DNA of 64,000 bases from Vicugna vicugna. Its lineage: Eukaryota. Below the pieces are notes generated by a model. It was not told where the DNA came from. It worked only from the letters and a program-made list of their open reading frames with translations, and searched no databases. Positions 63,060-64,000 of the stretch are shown here, piece by piece. Location of the stretch: the NCBI GenBank assembly GCA_013265495.1, contig MU061579.1, forward strand, positions 3,159,319 to 3,223,318. Direction: 5' to 3'. Numbering within the stretch: position 1 is the stretch's first letter; each line of letters starts with the position of its first letter. A program made the position numbers and the translations under genes.

Positions 63060-64000
63060 ATTCAGTCCACAGCACTGAAAACAACTGCAAGAGTTTGGGT
63101 GAGAACAGGTGATGGCTCAGACTAAGGTGATAAGAAAGGCAGAGGGAAGTAGAGAGCTTCTCTCTCGCAGTCGAGCTACTCGAGCAGTAGCTTTAAGAAG
63201 AATCATCAATGGCATAGTTAAAAAGAGACTGTGGTGTGAGGAAATCAGATGGTTCAAGCGTAACTCCAAGATATTTGGCTTGTATGAAGCCAATTTATGA
63301 GTCTGGAAGACCTGTTAAGAGCAAATGTAAAGAGAATTATCAATATTTCTGCTATGGCCACGTTACCTTTAAGCTTCTGAATGGGGGTTTAAAATTGCAA
63401 TATCAGAGAAGTAGTTGAATTTCTGCGTTTGTATTTTTCTGGAAAAACTGGGGTTGGAGATACAGTCTGAGGAATCAGCATATGGATAGCATTTAACGTT
63501 AGGCAACTGGATAGACTCACTCAGGGAAACGCATAAAAAGAGGTAAATAGAAGGTTCAAGACTGAGCCCAGACCAGATAGTAATATTCAGAGCTGAGCAG
63601 ATAAGCACCAAAAATAGGTATTAAGGGTGGCTGATGAGAGAGAAAGAGAAACAGGAGAATAAGGAGTCAGGAAGTCAATAGAAGGAAGTACTTAAAGGAT
63701 GAAGGTGAGGTTCACTGTCATGACAGCTTAAATGGAGTGCCATCAGTGGAAGAGTTTTGGAATAAATCATAAATCGAATATGGGAAATGAGGATGCTGAT
63801 TATGAACAACTATTTAAGTAATTTTAGCTACAAAGTGGAGTGGAAAAAATAGGGTCATAGCTGAAGGGAAATGTAAGACCAGAAGATATTTTTATCTTAA
63901 TTGGAGATTCTAGGAGATATTTGTATGCTGATGGAAATTATGGCGTGGAAGGGAAGAAATCAAGAATGCATGAGAGAGAATAATCGGAGGGCATCAGTTG
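63060..64000 (-). mobile_element. L2 fragment
   Basis: TGGAGATACAGTCTGAGGAATCAGCATATGGATAGCATTTAA...CAAGACTGAGCCC...ACAACTATTTAAGTAATTTTAGCTACAAAG. Confidence 0.65.

Noticed and set aside
61975..63090. Minus-strand ORFs in the GC-rich block as a novel gene
   Set aside because: They are antisense shadows of the + strand UBXN6 pseudogene.
1..64000. Prokaryotic-type systems (CRISPR array, operons, rRNA, intact transposase or reverse transcriptase)
   Set aside because: The sequence is mammalian; no regularly spaced repeats, long ORFs or rRNA motifs were seen.

Overview
AT-rich, CpG-poor, repeat-dense mammalian DNA, almost certainly from a camelid: it carries two tRNA-Ala-derived vic-1-type SINEs with target-site duplications (TSDs). 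I find no intact protein-coding gene, and apart from the pseudogene below the ORF track is chance ORFs or repeat remnants. The one recognisable gene-derived sequence is a decayed processed pseudogene of UBXN6 (about 61.9-63.0 kb, + strand). The rest is ancient MIR, L2, L1M, MaLR, ERVL and MER repeats, several younger ERV1-type solo LTRs clustered at 42.8-48.8 kb, and repeat-poor blocks that may be regulatory. The most striking structure is a ~1.07 kb palindrome at 45869-46934: two head-to-head solo LTRs whose 4-bp TSDs are reciprocally swapped, indicating that the 72-bp host spacer between them has been inverted. Two other same-family solo LTRs 10 kb apart share an identical TSD. Repeat subfamily names are recalled from consensus sequences, boundaries of old repeats are approximate, and identities are estimated by eye.
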